From Caerostris darwini (taxonomy: Eukaryota): 64,000 bases of DNA. The stretch lies in contig BPLQ01015363.1 in NCBI GenBank assembly GCA_021605075.1, forward strand, positions 963,513 through 1,027,512, read 5' to 3'. This document shows positions 62,898-64,000 of the stretch, piece after piece. The translations under genes were made by a program, and so were the position numbers. Under the pieces are notes generated by a model. It had not been told where the DNA came from and made no database searches. It worked only from the letters and a program-made list of their open reading frames with translations. The first letter of the stretch is position 1, and each line of letters begins with the position of its first letter.

Positions 62898-64000
62898 ATG
62901 GAGGAACAAATTTTGGACTTGGAATTCCTGTGGCTGCTTAACCGAGAAGACTCATTGGAATTGAATAAAATTCTTAAGTCACAATCTAGCAGTTGTTCTT
63001 TGAAACCTAGTGGCCCTTTATTACAGCTAAAAAAAGATCTTTCAACTTTCTGTGGGTTTCCAGTTTTTATAAAAGAATGTAAGAAAAGAATTGGATTTAC
63101 GGAATCCAACAATGAAGAAAAACAGAAAAAAAATAAAAATGAACATGCTATGTTTCATTTAGAATTTTATTATAATGTTTTTTGTACTGTCTCTATTGAA
63201 AAGAATTTGGAAGATGATTTTAGACGTTTTGTAAATATGTTTTCTTGTACAAAATATGGAAAACTTGTTTCGAACATCTATTTAAAATTTATCTCTGTTC
63301 CATTTACTATTGAAAATAGTCTTTCCACTAAAAATAAAGAAATTGATCTATTAAACTTTTCTTTTGGTAATTTCATAGAATTGAATAAATTTTATGAACG
63401 TTTTAACAGTAAAATTTCATTAGTAGAAGACAATTATAAAATCAGCCAAATTAAACTTTTATTATTGCATGATTATAAGAAACTGATATTGTATTTTTTA
63501 GTTGGTAGAAATTGTCCTGTGAAAAAACGTAATTCAACTACACATCGTTGGCATAAATTTGAATTACAGTATTCATCAATAAGTTCAATAGTGGTTTCAA
63601 AAGCTGATAATTTAACTATATATATAAGAATGTTGTTGCCGCCATTAATGTATGCTATTCAAAATGAAGATGATACGGAAGATTGTGTTCCGTTTTGCGA
63701 AATTGACTACAAAACTGATTGGGCTCGAACTATTGATCTTTATGAAAATTGCCCTGCTTTTCTTAAGAAAGAATTTAGTATGAATACCGTTCTTAAACTT
63801 GATTTTAAAAGTGAGGAATATGATTTTCTTTTCCAGATATTGACCTATTGTAAAAGCATTCAACTCTTCTTTTCCCCTGTAATTGTAATTAAAAGTCCAT
63901 CACCTCCAATTAAGCTTCAATTGAATTTCCTTTCAAAATTAGGGCCTTTAAATGAAAAACAAGAACAAGATGCATTTGAATGTTTTTATGCTGTACAGTG
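62898..64000 (+). CDS. 5' part of an unidentified protein-coding gene. It is an uninterrupted ORF of at least 367 codons running off the window end.
   Basis: The ORF starts with ATG immediately after an acceptor-like ttttatag. There is no stop in 1103 nt of very AT-rich DNA. The translation reads MEEQILDLEFLWLLNREDSLELNKILKSQSSSCSLKPSGPLLQLKK…FSMNTVLKLDFKSEEYDFLFQILTYCKSIQLFFSPVIVIKSPSPPIKLQLNFLSKLGPLNEKQEQDAFECFYAVQ. The six-frame track omits it because no stop is reached before the window ends. Confidence 0.6.
   Translation, partial: MEEQILDLEFLWLLNREDSLELNKILKSQSSSCSLKPSGPLLQLKKDLSTFCGFPVFIKECKKRIGFTESNNEEKQKKNKNEHAMFHLEFYYNVFCTVSIEKNLEDDFRRFVNMFSCTKYGKLVSNIYLKFISVPFTIENSLSTKNKEIDLLNFSFGNFIELNKFYERFNSKISLVEDNYKISQIKLLLLHDYKKLILYFLVGRNCPVKKRNSTTHRWHKFELQYSSISSIVVSKADNLTIYIRMLLPPLMYAIQNEDDTEDCVPFCEIDYKTDWARTIDLYENCPAFLKKEFSMNTVLKLDFKSEEYDFLFQILTYCKSIQLFFSPVIVIKSPSPPIKLQLNFLSKLGPLNEKQEQDAFECFYAVQ

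Overview
This window is eukaryotic (metazoan, probably arthropod) nuclear DNA, very AT-rich, and not prokaryotic. It contains no operons, CRISPR arrays or defence islands, and I see no undescribed multi-gene system here. About 44 kb (74–43735, + strand) is taken up by one large multi-exon gene for a WD40-repeat protein. I reconstructed 24 exons with GT/AG introns whose phases are all mutually consistent, giving at least 1114 aa, with a stop at 43733 and AATAAA at 43861. Its introns carry transposable elements: a defective Tc1-like element with my count of D-36-E spacing (2004–3212), a second Tc1 family copy (DD34E, 34565–35848, minus), a piggyBac-like MITE with TTAA flanks (33588–33794), a fragment I tentatively assign to a Helitron Rep N-terminal region (26472–26790, minus), a tRNA-derived SINE (42484–42779) and a GC-rich retroposon-like block with a poly(T) edge (13427–14230). 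Downstream lies a roughly 15-kb intergenic transposable-element nest (44.4–59.2 kb). It holds degraded non-LTR retrotransposon pieces (RT motif SPGNDGIP, a post-RT motif, a possible RNase H signature) and three copies of a ~640-bp gag/zinc-knuckle unit with a sharp shared 5' boundary. It also holds a third Tc1 copy (52440–54048) carrying a nested SINE flanked by a 14-bp target-site duplication, a hAT C-terminal dimerisation-domain fragment, and three more copies of the same SINE family. At the 3' edge (62898–64000) a second gene begins as an uninterrupted ORF of more than 1.1 kb (367 codons, no stop before the window end). The most novel-looking items are the apparently unclassified tRNA-derived SINE family (5 copies, diverged, with target-site duplications), the gag-like repeat unit, and the unidentified long ORF. 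Family assignments and homology claims come from motif recognition by eye and need database searches.
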